Assembly: GCA_016286445.1 (NCBI GenBank)
Contig: JAEESS010000001.1
Location: 35,736-99,735, forward strand
Direction: 5' to 3'
Length of the DNA: 64,000 bases
Source of the DNA: Bacillota bacterium
Lineage (GTDB): Bacteria > Bacillota > Clostridia > Christensenellales > CAG-138
Of the stretch, positions 49,060 to 61,331 are shown in pieces. The position numbers and the translations under genes are program-made. The number at the start of each line of letters is the position of its first letter. Position 1 is the first letter of the stretch. The notes beneath the pieces were generated by a model that saw only the letters and a list, made by a program, of their open reading frames with translations, had not been told where the DNA came from and made no database searches.

Positions 49060-49782
49060 TTATTCGTTATCCGCGTACAGAAGTCTTCCGCAGTTTTCGC
49101 ACTCGATGATCATGTCGTCGCCCACAAGCCGCCGGATCGCAAGACTTGGGAGCGACATATTGCAGCCGCTGCATTTACCACCGCGCACCTCAACGACCGG
49201 CGTTCCGTAATGCTGACGGACACGTTTGTAACGCACCATCAGCGAAGGATTGACCTTCTTTTCCAGCTCCGCCATCTTGCGGTCCGCTGCAAGAAGATCG
49301 ATCGACGCGTCATCCTTTTCTTTCTGGCATACAACCTTCAGCTGGTCATATTCTTTCTTTGCCTTTGAACCCTGCTGACGCGTCTTCTGAAACTCCGCAA
49401 CCGATTCATCGAGCGAACGGAACAGCTGCTTGATTTCTTTTTCGAGATTGTTTGCCTCGCGCTGAAGCTTTTCGATATCGTGACGGAACTCCGTCATCTC
49501 TTCGGAGGTGCATTCCTCGTCGCCCTTCAGCGTTTCAAACTCGGACGATTCAAGATCCAAACGGTCCAAAAGCGCGGCATACTGCGCGTTTTGACGGGCA
49601 AGCGCAGCATTGAACGACTCAATATCCTCATTCAGCTTGTTCAGCGTTGCCTGCTGCTGTTTGATAAACTTTGCAAGCTTGTTCAGCTTTACGCGGTTTG
49701 CCGTTGTGCGGATGTCGTTTTCGATCTGCTGTTTTTCGAGATCTGCGTCCTGATACGCAAGCAATGCGATCGGTCTACTCAT
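49060..49782 (-). CDS. Coiled-coil protein with C4 zinc ribbon (CT398/DUF164-like)
   Basis: Long coiled coil then CSGCNMSLP...CENCGRLLY. Confidence 0.9.
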   Translation of the reverse strand: MSRPIALLAYQDADLEKQQIENDIRTTANRVKLNKLAKFIKQQQATLNKLNEDIESFNAALARQNAQYAALLDRLDLESSEFETLKGDEECTSEEMTEFRHDIEKLQREANNLEKEIKQLFRSLDESVAEFQKTRQQGSKAKKEYDQLKVVCQKEKDDASIDLLAADRKMAELEKKVNPSLMVRYKRVRQHYGTPVVEVRGGKCSGCNMSLPSLAIRRLVGDDMIIECENCGRLLYADNE

Positions 49783-49795
49783 GTCTGTATCCTCC

Positions 49796-50560
49796 TTAAA
49801 GACTGCGCAAAGGAGCACAGCCTATATGTGTTAAATCATATTGTACATCATTTGTGCCGCTCTGTAAACGGGAAATTAACGGTTTCAGCACAGGAAATTC
49901 CGTTTCATAATGTCCCATGATGCAGCAGCAGAGTCCGAGATGCTCCGCAAGAAGCGCCTCGTGGTGTTTCATTTCCCCTGTAACAAAGACGTCGCAGCCG
50001 GCGCTTGCCGCAAACGCCGCGTCGCTGCCGCCCGCGCCGCCGATCACGGCGACGGTTTTGACGATCCGATCCGGATCGCCGACGTACCGACCGCGCGTAT
50101 GAAGAACTTTTTCACAGAATGCGGCAAATGCGCGAAACGGCATCGGCTCGGACAGTGTACCGATCCTGCCGAGTTCGTCGGGAGGCAGTTTGCTGACGTT
50201 TTCAAGCGCAAGAAGACCGGCAAGCACATCGTTTACGCCGCCGTCCGCTGCGTCAAGGTTGGTATGCGCGGCGAAGTGTCCGATCCCGTGCCGGATCAGC
50301 AGATACGCAGCAGCTGTTTCGTTCCATATCGGAGAGATGGATTTTACGGGCTCAAAGAAAATCGGATGGTGCGTCAGAACAAGGTCATATCCCCCATCGA
50401 CTGCTTCCTGCGCAACGGGAACGGTAAGGTCCAGCGCCGTAAGTACTTTGCGGATTTCATCGTGATCGGGCTCAATTAAAAGCCCGACGTTGTCGAACGA
50501 CATGGCAAGCGCCTTCGGAGCGATAGACTCCATCAATTCACAAAACGCATTGAGCTTCAT
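49796..50560 (-). CDS. Nif3-like dinuclear metal protein
   Basis: DNVGLL, THHPIFF, AHTNLD, GGAG, TGEMKHH, GHYETE. Confidence 0.94.
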   Translation of the reverse strand: MKLNAFCELMESIAPKALAMSFDNVGLLIEPDHDEIRKVLTALDLTVPVAQEAVDGGYDLVLTHHPIFFEPVKSISPIWNETAAAYLLIRHGIGHFAAHTNLDAADGGVNDVLAGLLALENVSKLPPDELGRIGTLSEPMPFRAFAAFCEKVLHTRGRYVGDPDRIVKTVAVIGGAGGSDAAFAASAGCDVFVTGEMKHHEALLAEHLGLCCCIMGHYETEFPVLKPLISRLQSGTNDVQYDLTHIGCAPLRSL

Positions 50561-50572
50561 AGAGATCTCCTG

Positions 50573-52544
<1,972 letters not shown>

Positions 52545-52609
52545 ACAATCGCCTCCTTCTGAAGGCATTATACCACGAAGGAGGCGATTTTGAAAGAACT
52601 ATTTTCGCA

Positions 52610-52810
52610 TTACATTGCGGTGCATCCGCAGGGACGGTTCTGATTGCCGCAGCCGCAGCCGCATCCGTTGTCGCCGCAGAAGCGGGAGAGCAGAAGCAGC
52701 CAGATGAGCGTATCGCAGGAGATGCCGCCCATACCGTTTTCACCGTCGCCGATGAGGAGCAGCAGAACGAGCAGCCAGGTCAGATTGGTGCCGCCGAGAT
52801 TGTTGAACAT
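52610..52810 (-). CDS. Small hydrophobic Cys/Gly-rich protein, probably sporulation-associated
   Basis: GGAGG RBS; two WLL(V)LLL segments; CGCGCG tail; mother-cell-type -10 CATACAATA upstream. Confidence 0.7.
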   Translation of the reverse strand: MFNNLGGTNLTWLLVLLLLIGDGENGMGGISCDTLIWLLLLSRFCGDNGCGCGCGNQNRPCGCTAM

Positions 52811-52860
52811 TGTATGGTTCCTCCGTTCATGATGATTCGACGTGTTTTTCGTCGTTACAG

Positions 52861-52890
52861 TATTGTATGAGGTTTGCCTGCAATTGGTTC
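52861..52890 (-). promoter_or_regulatory. Putative sigma-K/sigma-E promoter
   Basis: GAACC-16bp-CATACAATA on minus strand. Confidence 0.5.
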
Positions 52891-52974
52891 CGAATGGATG
52901 CGCAATTTATGAAACGGCTTGACAAAAGGTCCCGTTCGCATGATAATAACAAGGATTAAACGAAGGAGATCATT

Positions 52975-54372
52975 ATGGAACAGAACGCATATTCAATGGA
53001 TAAGATCGTCGTGCTCTGCAAGAATCGCGGGTTTATCTTCGCGGGGTCGGAGATCTACGGCGGACTCAGCAACACCTGGGATTACGGCCCTCTGGGCGTT
53101 GAACTCAAAAACAACGTTAAAAAAGCATGGTGGAAGAAATTCGTTCAGGAAAGCCCCTATAACGTAGGCCTTGACGCCGCGATCCTGATGAACAGCGAAA
53201 CATGGAAAGCATCCGGTCATCTCGGCGGCTTTTCCGATCCGCTGATGGACTGCCGTGAGTGCAAGGAACGCTTCCGTGCAGACAAGCTGATCGAGGATTG
53301 GTCTTCGGACAACGGGTTTACGCTGGATAAGCCGATCGACGCCTTTACCCAGGCAGAGATGAAGGCATTTATCGAGGAGCATCAGATCCCCTGCCCCACC
53401 TGCGGCAAACATAACTTTACCGATATCCGTCAGTTCAATCTGATGTTCAAAACATTCCAGGGCGTGACCGAGGATGCAAAGAACACGGTCTACCTCCGTC
53501 CCGAAACGGCGCAGGGCATCTTCGTCAATTTTGCCAACGTACAGCGCACGACGCGCAAAAAGCTGCCGTTCGGCATCGGACAGATCGGCAAGAGCTTCCG
53601 CAACGAGATCACGCCGGGCAACTTTATTTTCCGCGTACGCGAATTTGAACAGATGGAACTGGAGTTCTTCTGCGAACCGGGCACCGATCTCGAATGGTTC
53701 GATTACTGGCGCAGCTATTGCCGCAAGTTCCTGCTCTCGATCGGCATCAAAGAAGAAAATCTCAGGCTCCGCGATCACGATCCGGACGAGCTCGTGTTCT
53801 ATTCCAAGGCGACGACGGACTTCGAGTTCAGATTCCCGTTCGGCTGGGGCGAGCTTTGGGGCGTTGCAGACCGCACCGACTATGATCTCACGCAGCATCA
53901 GAACGCGTCCGGCAAGGATCTGACCTACTACAATGCAGAAAAGAACGAACGCTATATTCCCTACGTCATCGAACCGTCGCTCGGCGTTGAGCGTACCGTG
54001 CTTGCTGTGCTCTGCAACGCATATGAAGAGCAAACGCTTGAAAACAACGATGTTCGTACCGTACTGCATCTGCATCCGGCGCTTGCGCCGTTCAAAGCCG
54101 CCGTGCTTCCGCTGTCCAAGAAGCTTTCCGCACAGGCAAACGAGGTCTATATGGATCTTCTGAAGCACTTCTCCGTCGATTTCGACGAGACCGGCTCGAT
54201 CGGCAAGCGTTACCGCAGAGAGGACGAGATCGGCACACCGCTGTGCATCACCTACGATTTCGACTCGGAAAACGATCACTGCGTGACGGTGCGAGACCGC
54301 GATACCATGGAACAGGTACGGCTTCCGATCACGGAGCTCAAAGCCTATATCGAACAGCGTCTGGACTTTTAA
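52975..54372 (+). CDS. glyQS: Glycine--tRNA ligase (alpha2, GlyRS-1 type)
   Basis: [67 protein letters not shown]. Confidence 0.97.
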   Translation: MEQNAYSMDKIVVLCKNRGFIFAGSEIYGGLSNTWDYGPLGVELKNNVKKAWWKKFVQESPYNVGLDAAILMNSETWKASGHLGGFSDPLMDCRECKERFRADKLIEDWSSDNGFTLDKPIDAFTQAEMKAFIEEHQIPCPTCGKHNFTDIRQFNLMFKTFQGVTEDAKNTVYLRPETAQGIFVNFANVQRTTRKKLPFGIGQIGKSFRNEITPGNFIFRVREFEQMELEFFCEPGTDLEWFDYWRSYCRKFLLSIGIKEENLRLRDHDPDELVFYSKATTDFEFRFPFGWGELWGVADRTDYDLTQHQNASGKDLTYYNAEKNERYIPYVIEPSLGVERTVLAVLCNAYEEQTLENNDVRTVLHLHPALAPFKAAVLPLSKKLSAQANEVYMDLLKHFSVDFDETGSIGKRYRREDEIGTPLCITYDFDSENDHCVTVRDRDTMEQVRLPITELKAYIEQRLDF

Positions 54373-54381
54373 CGACAACCT

Positions 54382-54406
54382 GCCTCCGGCGATCCGGAGG
54401 CTTTTT
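54382..54406 (+). terminator. Terminator after glyQS containing the recD2 RBS
   Basis: GCCTCCGG-cgat-CCGGAGGC then T5; ATG at 54410. Confidence 0.8.
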
Positions 54407-54409
54407 GCA

Positions 54410-56614
54410 ATGGAACTGAACGGCACGGTACAATCCATCATCTATCGGAACGCGTCGAACGGCTATACCGTTCTGTCGCTGCTTTGCGATGACGAAAAAA
54501 CAACGGTCACCTGCGTCGGCACGCTTCCGCTCATCAATGCGGGCGATACCGTCTGCGTCACCGGGCAAACAACGTACCATCCGAAGTTCGGAAGTCAGTT
54601 CAAAGCCGAATCCTGTGAACGCAGAGCGCCGTCCAGCAATTCCGCGATCATCAAGTATCTGGAAAGCGGCGTGGTGCGCGGCGTAGGACCCGTGATGGCG
54701 AGGGCGATCGTCGCTGCCTTCGGCATGGATACGCTTGACGTTTTGGAAAACGAGCCGGAACGTCTGATCGAGGTGCCCGGGATCGGACCGAAGAAAGCGA
54801 AGATGATCTCGGATTCGTTCCGTGAAAAGAAATTGTTCCGCGATGTGCTTTTGAGCCTGGAGCCTTACGGCGTTACCGTCGGACAGGCTTACAAGATGAT
54901 GCAGACATACGGCGAGCTGTGCCTTGCAAAGGTGCAGGAGAATCCGTATCAGCTGATCGATGATATCGACGGGATCGGCTTTTTGACTGCGGACCGCATT
55001 GCCACGCATGTCGCCGGATTCGAGCAGGATTCGCTTGCACGGCTGATGGCGGGGATTCGCTATTGTCTCCGGCAGGCGCGCGACGAACACGGCGATATGT
55101 TTCTGGAGTACGCAATGCTTTTGGAACGCGCATCTGCCATCCTCGGCGCTTCTGCCGATCGGATCGAAGAAACGATCGAATGGATGGAAAGCGGCAGCGA
55201 TCTTCTGCGCTGTGAGATCGGCGAAAAGGACGCTGTCTATCTGCCCTATCTTTATAAGTGCGAGGACTATATCGCAAAGAAGCTGCTGCAGCTGAACGTT
55301 CCGCCGGTCTACGAGACCTGGGATCTGAATCGCTGGCAGAAGCGCGTCGGGATGGAGCTTTCGGAAGAACAGCAGAAGGCGGTTGCGCTTGCGCTTACTA
55401 ACGGCGTATCGATCATTACGGGCGGTCCCGGCACAGGCAAAACGACGATCATTCGCTGCATCATCGATCTGATGCAGGAACAGGGTTACGCTGCTGCGCT
55501 TGCCGCGCCGACGGGACGCGCCGCCAAGCGCATGACCGAAGCGACCGGGAACGAAGCGAAAACGATCCACCGTCTGCTCGAGTTTATTCCCGGCGAAGGT
55601 TTTCAGCGCAACCGGGATAATCCTTTGGTTGCAGATATGGTCATCGTGGATGAAATGTCGATGGTCGACGCGCCGCTGATGTATGCGCTTCTGCAGGCGC
55701 TGACAAAGGGAACGCGGCTCGTTCTGGTCGGCGATCGCGATCAGCTTCCGCCGGTCGGTTGCGGCAACGTATTTGCCGATCTGCTTGATTCGGAAGTCAT
55801 GCCGTATTACCGCTTGACGGAGATCTTCCGGCAGGCGCAGCGGTCCAATATCGTGCGAAGCGCGCATCTCATCAACAACGGAAGAATGCCGCTGCTCGTC
55901 GATCATGATTCCGACTTCATTTTTGAAGAGATCCCCGGCGTCGATCGGATCCGGGATCGTCTTGTCAATCTGATTCAAAGCGAATCGTCACGTCTCGGCA
56001 CAAGCGATCCGCTGATGGACATTCAGGTGCTCGTTCCGATGAAGACCGGTCCGCTCGGCGTGATCGAGCTCAACCGGCTTTTGCAGAGCGTATGCAATCC
56101 CCCGTCTCCGTACAAGATCGAGCAGACCTGTGGAAATACGCTGTTCCGGGAAGGCGACAAGATCATGCAGATCCGGAACAACTATAAGGTCGAATGGAAG
56201 AAAACGCTTCATAACGGCAGCTTTGAAGAAGGCGCCGGCGTCTTTAACGGCGATCTCGGGACCGTTCTTCGGATCGATCCTCGTGAAAAGTATGCCGTCA
56301 TCGCATTTGACGACGGGCGGACTGCGGAGTATGCATTTGCGCAGCTTGAAGAGATCGATCTTGCGTACTGCATCACGATCCACAAGAGCCAGGGCTCGGA
56401 GTTTCAGACGGTGCTTCTGCCCCTTGCGGGCGGACCGATGCCGCTCCTTACGAGAAACCTTCTGTACACCGCCGTTACCAGGGCGAAACGGATGGTATAC
56501 GGCATCGGAAGAAGCGAAACGATCGCAAGAATGGTTCGCAACGCATCAAAGAATGAACGCAATACCGGATTAAAGGAACGGCTGATCGAATATGAAGCTC
56601 TCGGAGCAAATTAA
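54410..56614 (+). CDS. recD2: RecD2 family helicase
   Basis: HPKFGSQF, HhH repeats, TGGPGTGKTT, APTGRAAKR, DEMSM, GDRDQLP, TIHKSQGSEF, LYTAVTRAK. Confidence 0.95.
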   Translation: MELNGTVQSIIYRNASNGYTVLSLLCDDEKTTVTCVGTLPLINAGDTVCVTGQTTYHPKFGSQFKAESCERRAPSSNSAIIKYLESGVVRGVGPVMARAIVAAFGMDTLDVLENEPERLIEVPGIGPKKAKMISDSFREKKLFRDVLLSLEPYGVTVGQAYKMMQTYGELCLAKVQENPYQLIDDIDGIGFLTADRIATHVAGFEQDSLARLMAGIRYCLRQARDEHGDMFLEYAMLLERASAILGASADRIEETIEWMESGSDLLRCEIGEKDAVYLPYLYKCEDYIAKKLLQLNVPPVYETWDLNRWQKRVGMELSEEQQKAVALALTNGVSIITGGPGTGKTTIIRCIIDLMQEQGYAAALAAPTGRAAKRMTEATGNEAKTIHRLLEFIPGEGFQRNRDNPLVADMVIVDEMSMVDAPLMYALLQALTKGTRLVLVGDRDQLPPVGCGNVFADLLDSEVMPYYRLTEIFRQAQRSNIVRSAHLINNGRMPLLVDHDSDFIFEEIPGVDRIRDRLVNLIQSESSRLGTSDPLMDIQVLVPMKTGPLGVIELNRLLQSVCNPPSPYKIEQTCGNTLFREGDKIMQIRNNYKVEWKKTLHNGSFEEGAGVFNGDLGTVLRIDPREKYAVIAFDDGRTAEYAFAQLEEIDLAYCITIHKSQGSEFQTVLLPLAGGPMPLLTRNLLYTAVTRAKRMVYGIGRSETIARMVRNASKNERNTGLKERLIEYEALGAN

Positions 56615-57251
56615 AAACGGACTGAACTTTTTCGCCGACGCGCTCACGCCGGGACCGTACCAGTGCTATCTGTGCGGTGAAGAGGATCTGATCGGCGACG
56701 ACGGACTATGCGACGAATGCCGGAAAAAACTGAAATACTGTCCGAATCCGACATGTCTTGCGCCGCTGGACGGGATCGCCGTCGGTTTGCAGTACAGCGA
56801 AGAGCTCGCTTCGGCGATTATGCGGTTCAAAAAGGGCGGACAGAAGGAATACGCGGGATTTTTCGCGCAGTATCTGTCCGTGCCGCAGGAATGGCATGCG
56901 GATATGCTTGTCCCCGTTCCGATGCATCCGCTGAAGAAATGGATGCGTGAGTTTAATCATACGGAACTTCTGTCATCCTATCTGAGCCATGCGACCGGTA
57001 TACCGTACTCAATGAATCTTCTGTTTAAAATAAAGCGTACCTCTGAACAGAAAATGCTGACCGATCCGAAAGACCGCCGCCGGAATATCCGCGGAAGCTT
57101 TGCCTGCGATCCGCTCGTGAAAGGCATGCGGATCGTTTTGGTCGACGACGTATTCACGACCGGCGCGACCGTTTATGAGTGCGCCAAGGTGCTGAAACGC
57201 GCAGGCGCACAAAAGGTCTATCTTTCTGCGGTGACGTCTCCGAACCGCTGA
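56592..57251 (+). CDS. ComF family protein
   Basis: CYLC..CDEC zinc motif, VPVP, LVDDVFTTGAT PRTase motif. Confidence 0.92.
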   Translation: MKLSEQIKNGLNFFADALTPGPYQCYLCGEEDLIGDDGLCDECRKKLKYCPNPTCLAPLDGIAVGLQYSEELASAIMRFKKGGQKEYAGFFAQYLSVPQEWHADMLVPVPMHPLKKWMREFNHTELLSSYLSHATGIPYSMNLLFKIKRTSEQKMLTDPKDRRRNIRGSFACDPLVKGMRIVLVDDVFTTGATVYECAKVLKRAGAQKVYLSAVTSPNR

Positions 57252-57496
57252 CGCAGGCTCGCATATTTGTCGTGCGTCGCCTTCCCGCCGCGCAAATGCC
57301 GCTCGGCTTTGTTCGTGTTCAGAACGTCGCGAACACTTTTGTACAGCACCGGATTGATCGACTGCAGCCGTTCCGTCACGTCCTTATGGACCGTGCTTTT
57401 CCCGATGCACAAAGCTTTTGCCGCATCTCGGACGGTCGCTTTATGTTCAACGATATAGGATGCTTCCTGAGAAACGCGATCTTCGTACCAGTTCAA
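57218..57496 (-). CDS. spoIIID: Stage III sporulation regulator SpoIIID
   Basis: ATVRDAAK..KSTVHKDVTERL..NKAERHLRGGKAT. Confidence 0.95.
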   Translation of the reverse strand: MNWYEDRVSQEASYIVEHKATVRDAAKALCIGKSTVHKDVTERLQSINPVLYKSVRDVLNTNKAERHLRGGKATHDKYASLRQRFGDVTAER

Positions 57497-57524
57497 GAAA
57501 ATACCCCCATTTGCTTATTGGTAA

Positions 57525-57553
57525 AGCATATGAGGGCGTTTTTCTTTTATGTC
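57525..57553 (-). promoter_or_regulatory. Putative sigma-E promoter of spoIIID
   Basis: GACATAA...CATATGCT on minus strand; spacing slightly short of consensus. Confidence 0.45.
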
Positions 57554-57557
57554 ATTG

Positions 57558-58358
57558 TCAGAAGGATTCGATGTTGATCGCCTTGATCGGTCCGTTCGGC
57601 AGATTCTTGAGATGTTCGGTATCGAACCGCTTGAAGCCGGTCTCGCGATCGCTGAAGCAGTATTCCACAAAATTGTCGGAAATGTTGTTCGGAAGCGAGA
57701 TCGTTTTTGCGACCACCTCGGAAAGTGCCACGCCGATATTGATCAGATGCACATCGGGAAGCGTTTTTTGGATCACATTGGAAAGGAACGGATAGTGCGT
57801 ACAGCCGAGGATCAGCGTATCGATATCCGTGTTGCGGATCGGAGAAAGATACCGTTCGACTGTCATCTGCGTGATCGGATCGTCCTCGCGGAATCCGTTC
57901 TCGATCAGCGGAACAAACAGCGGACAGCCGATCCCGGAGACGTTGAGATTCGGATACTGATGATTGATATAGTCGGAATACGCCTGGCTGTGGACCGTCG
58001 CTTCGGTGCCGATCACGCAGATATGATTGCTTTCGGTCAGCTTTGCCGCAGCGTCGCAGGCAGGCTCAATCACGCCGACGATCGGGATCGTGAACTTCTT
58101 CTTAAGCTCCGGAAGCGCGATCGCGCTGACGGTGCCGCAAGCGACGACGATCGCCTCCACGCCCTTTGACAGCAGGAAACGTACGTCCTGTTCGGCGTAG
58201 CGAATGATCGTTTCCGGCGTACGGGATCCGTACGGCACGCGAGCCGTGTCGCCGAAATACACGATGGATAATCCTTTGTTGGCAGAGCAAATCGCGTCCA
58301 GAACGGTCAGACCGCCCAGACCGCTGTCGAATACGCCGATTCGTTTGAATGTGTTCAT
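57558..58358 (-). CDS. murI: Glutamate racemase
   Basis: GVFDSGLGGLTV, GDTARVPYG, VACGT, ILGCTHYP. Confidence 0.95.
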   Translation of the reverse strand: MNTFKRIGVFDSGLGGLTVLDAICSANKGLSIVYFGDTARVPYGSRTPETIIRYAEQDVRFLLSKGVEAIVVACGTVSAIALPELKKKFTIPIVGVIEPACDAAAKLTESNHICVIGTEATVHSQAYSDYINHQYPNLNVSGIGCPLFVPLIENGFREDDPITQMTVERYLSPIRNTDIDTLILGCTHYPFLSNVIQKTLPDVHLINIGVALSEVVAKTISLPNNISDNFVEYCFSDRETGFKRFDTEHLKNLPNGPIKAINIESF

Positions 58359-58475
58359 AACGCCTCTTCCTTGGTTGTTTTCGGTATTCTACCACGTTTT
58401 CCTCATTCTTGCAACATCGTATGACGCCGTATTCCAAAAATGCGGAGGGAGCGGATCATACCGCTCCCCCGTTTC

Positions 58476-58712
58476 TTATTCGTTTCGCAGCAATTCCCTG
58501 TATCCCGTTCCGTCCGCTTCATACACCGCTTCCACATCCGCGTCCAGTTCGGAAAGATTCGGATCGGAAGCGGAATACATCACGCATGTTCCGCAGCTGG
58601 AAGACAGTACGCGCGGGACCGGCGCAAGCTTTGACGGGATCGCTTTTTTTCGCAGCGCGCGGTCGCTCATCAGCGCTGCGGCATGCGTGTAAAACGTGGC
58701 GATATAATTCAT
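58476..58712 (-). CDS. DUF3343-like protein (selenium/sulfur cluster)
   Basis: ATFYTHAAAL..LAPVPRVLSSSCGTC; start overlaps TusA-like stop. Confidence 0.8.
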   Translation of the reverse strand: MNYIATFYTHAAALMSDRALRKKAIPSKLAPVPRVLSSSCGTCVMYSASDPNLSELDADVEAVYEADGTGYRELLRNE

Positions 58713-58912
58713 TTTGCAAGCGTCATCTGATACTCGCCGTCGGTCTCCTCGACCTTGACGGTATAGTGCTGCGATGCGGCAAAACGAGTGATGTTGCCGA
58801 CAGCGGTCATGTTGTCCACAAGCACCGAAAGCGTTTTCGGCTGATTCTTTTTGACTTCGCGCTGTACCATCAGCACGGGCATCGGACAGCTCAAACCTCT
58901 TGCATCGATCAT
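58709..58912 (-). CDS. TusA/YedF family sulfur(selenium) carrier
   Basis: MIDARGLSCPMPV; GGAGG RBS. Confidence 0.92.
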   Translation of the reverse strand: MIDARGLSCPMPVLMVQREVKKNQPKTLSVLVDNMTAVGNITRFAASQHYTVKVEETDGEYQMTLAK

Positions 58913-58914
58913 GT

Positions 58915-59997
58915 TTATGCCCTCCTTTTTGTGTGGAATACGGACAGTGCCGCAAGAATGATGAAGCCGGCGATCAACACCCAAAGCACAGGACCTGCGC
59001 CGATGCCTTTCGGACTGGACGCAAGACCGAAGTTGTGGGAAACGGCAGCGCCTGCGATGAAGCCGAATACGGTGACGGCGGAATCGCTGTTGCCTTCGCC
59101 TGCAAGGATCAACTGACGCAGCGGGCATCCGCCGAGCAGAACGCTTCCCCAGCCGACAAGGACCATACCGAGGAAATTGAAAATACCGTCGGTATGCGCA
59201 ACGGGCTGATCCGCAAGTCCGAATTTGAAGTTGTGCGTGATGAGATTGCCGATGACGACCGCAAAGATGATCGCGAGGAATCCGTAGATCAGATGGAAGT
59301 CCTTGAACAGAACGACGTCACGCACGCCGCCCGCCATGCAAAGGCGGGAACGCTGACACAGCGCGCCGATCACGAGCGCGATCAGAAGCGCGGCATACCA
59401 GGGAGCGCGCATGCTGCCGGGACCTTCCGTACTCTTTGCAAACAGCTCCGGGATCAGTGAAAGCACAAACAGTACGGCGAGCAGGATCGGGAAAAGCAGC
59501 CCTTCCAAGGCATTCTGTTTATATGCGCGGTTCAGTGTGAAGCCGAAACGCAGCGGGAATGTACCGATCACAATACCGACGACAAAGCCGAGCAGACCGA
59601 CGAGCGCATTGACGTCGCCGCCGCCGATGCGGATGACCATGCGAAGCGGACACCCCAAAAATACGAGCGCGCCGATCATCACGAGCATACCGAGCAAAAA
59701 GCGTGTAAACGGCGAAGAGCCGCCCTGCGGTTTCCACTCCTTTTTGATCATGGACATAATCATTGCGCCGAGCACAAGACCGACGATTTCGGGACGGAAA
59801 TACTGTACATTGGCTGCCGAGTGAAGCTTCAGAGAACCGGCGATATCGCGCTCAAAGCACGCGATGCAGAACCCCATGTTTTTCGGATTGCCGAGCGCAG
59901 TCAGTATGACCGCAGCTGCGCCGACAAGCAGACCGGTCAGGATCACGAGCCAGTTCCGCTGCACAAAACCCGCAAACCCCTTCTTTTCGTTTTCCAT
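58915..59997 (-). CDS. YedE family putative selenium/sulfur transporter
   Basis: GNPKNMGFCIACFERD, LGCPLRM, QRSRLCMAGG, GGCPLRQL. Confidence 0.92.
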   Translation of the reverse strand: MENEKKGFAGFVQRNWLVILTGLLVGAAAVILTALGNPKNMGFCIACFERDIAGSLKLHSAANVQYFRPEIVGLVLGAMIMSMIKKEWKPQGGSSPFTRFLLGMLVMIGALVFLGCPLRMVIRIGGGDVNALVGLLGFVVGIVIGTFPLRFGFTLNRAYKQNALEGLLFPILLAVLFVLSLIPELFAKSTEGPGSMRAPWYAALLIALVIGALCQRSRLCMAGGVRDVVLFKDFHLIYGFLAIIFAVVIGNLITHNFKFGLADQPVAHTDGIFNFLGMVLVGWGSVLLGGCPLRQLILAGEGNSDSAVTVFGFIAGAAVSHNFGLASSPKGIGAGPVLWVLIAGFIILAALSVFHTKRRA

Positions 59998-60096
59998 TGT
60001 TTTTCCTCCTTTGCGCGCTATTCCCTTGCGTGAATAACGATCTGATGGTATAATAACATATATAAGCGTTATTTGCAAGCGAGGATAACGAATTGT

Positions 60097-61221
60097 ATGA
60101 AAATAATCTATATGGACAATGCAGCGACAAGCTTTCCGAAAGCGGACGGCGTTTCCGATGCGATGAAGCGCTTTTTGGATGAAGAATGCACGAATGTCGG
60201 ACGCGGAAGTTATTTGCGGGCGCAGGATGCAGGACTGTCCGTGATCGAAACGCGGGAACGTATCCGCGATCTGTTCGACTGCCCGGACGCAAAGCATGTG
60301 ATCTTTACGGGAGGCATGACGGTCTCACTGAATGCGGTCATCAAGGGGTACGTTCGACGCGGCGACTGCGTACTGGTTTCTTCCTTTGAGCATAATTCTG
60401 TCATCCGTCCGCTGGTCCAGATCGGCGCGGAGATCGTTCGGATCCCCGCAAACGAGAAAGGCGTATCCGATCTTAACAGACTGTCGGAGGATCTTTCGCC
60501 CTTTCGGCTGTGTGTTCATACCTTTGCATCCAACGTCAGCGGGATGATCCAGCCTGTCGAAGAGCTTGCCGTTCGACTGCGGCGTGCGGGCGTTCCGCTT
60601 TGTATCGACGCTGCGCAGACGGCAGGTCATTTTCCTTTTTCGATGCAAAGGATCGGAGCGGACGCGGTCTGCATGCCCGCGCATAAGGGACTGCTCGGCC
60701 CGCAGGGGCTCGGCATTCTTTGTCTGACGCCGACGTTTGCGGATCGGCTCGATCCTTTGATCTCCGGCGGCACCGGATCGGTTTCGGACAGCGAACGGAT
60801 CCCGAACTTCTATCCGGATCGGCTGGAAGCGGGCACGCTGAATCTGCCGGGTATCATCGGATTGAAGGCGGCGCTTGAACAGGCGGATTTCAAGGCGCGG
60901 CGCGCTCATGAGGTCGTTCTGATCGCGCGTTTTCTGCATGCGATCGAGGATATGCCGCATATCAGGCTCCTCGGTTATCCGGAAGCGGATCGCCGCGTAG
61001 GCGTCATCTCTCTGGATTTTCTAAGAAGAGACAACGGAGAGATATCCTATCGCCTTGAAAACGAATACGGCATTCTGACACGCTGCGGATTGCACTGCGC
61101 GCCGGATGCGCACCGTGCGTTCGGAACATTTCCGAAGGGCACGGTCCGGTTCAGCTTCTCTCCGGCAACGACGAAAGAAGAGGTTGACAGTGCCGTCGAG
61201 GCGATCACGGCACTGAGTTAA
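60097..61221 (+). CDS. Class V PLP aminotransferase (cysteine desulfurase / selenocysteine lyase family)
   Basis: [47 protein letters not shown]. Confidence 0.92.
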   Translation: MKIIYMDNAATSFPKADGVSDAMKRFLDEECTNVGRGSYLRAQDAGLSVIETRERIRDLFDCPDAKHVIFTGGMTVSLNAVIKGYVRRGDCVLVSSFEHNSVIRPLVQIGAEIVRIPANEKGVSDLNRLSEDLSPFRLCVHTFASNVSGMIQPVEELAVRLRRAGVPLCIDAAQTAGHFPFSMQRIGADAVCMPAHKGLLGPQGLGILCLTPTFADRLDPLISGGTGSVSDSERIPNFYPDRLEAGTLNLPGIIGLKAALEQADFKARRAHEVVLIARFLHAIEDMPHIRLLGYPEADRRVGVISLDFLRRDNGEISYRLENEYGILTRCGLHCAPDAHRAFGTFPKGTVRFSFSPATTKEEVDSAVEAITALS

Positions 61222-61331
61222 AATATATAATTAACACAGCGCCGTTTCGGGCGCTTTTTTCTTGCAGGAAAACGGGAATCGTTGTATAATCATTGCATAT
61301 CGATCATTCAAAAAATCGAAGGAGGAAGAAT

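Noticed and set aside
48775-49210. ORFs over the rnpB region
   Set aside because: Spurious translations of the RNase P RNA antisense strand.
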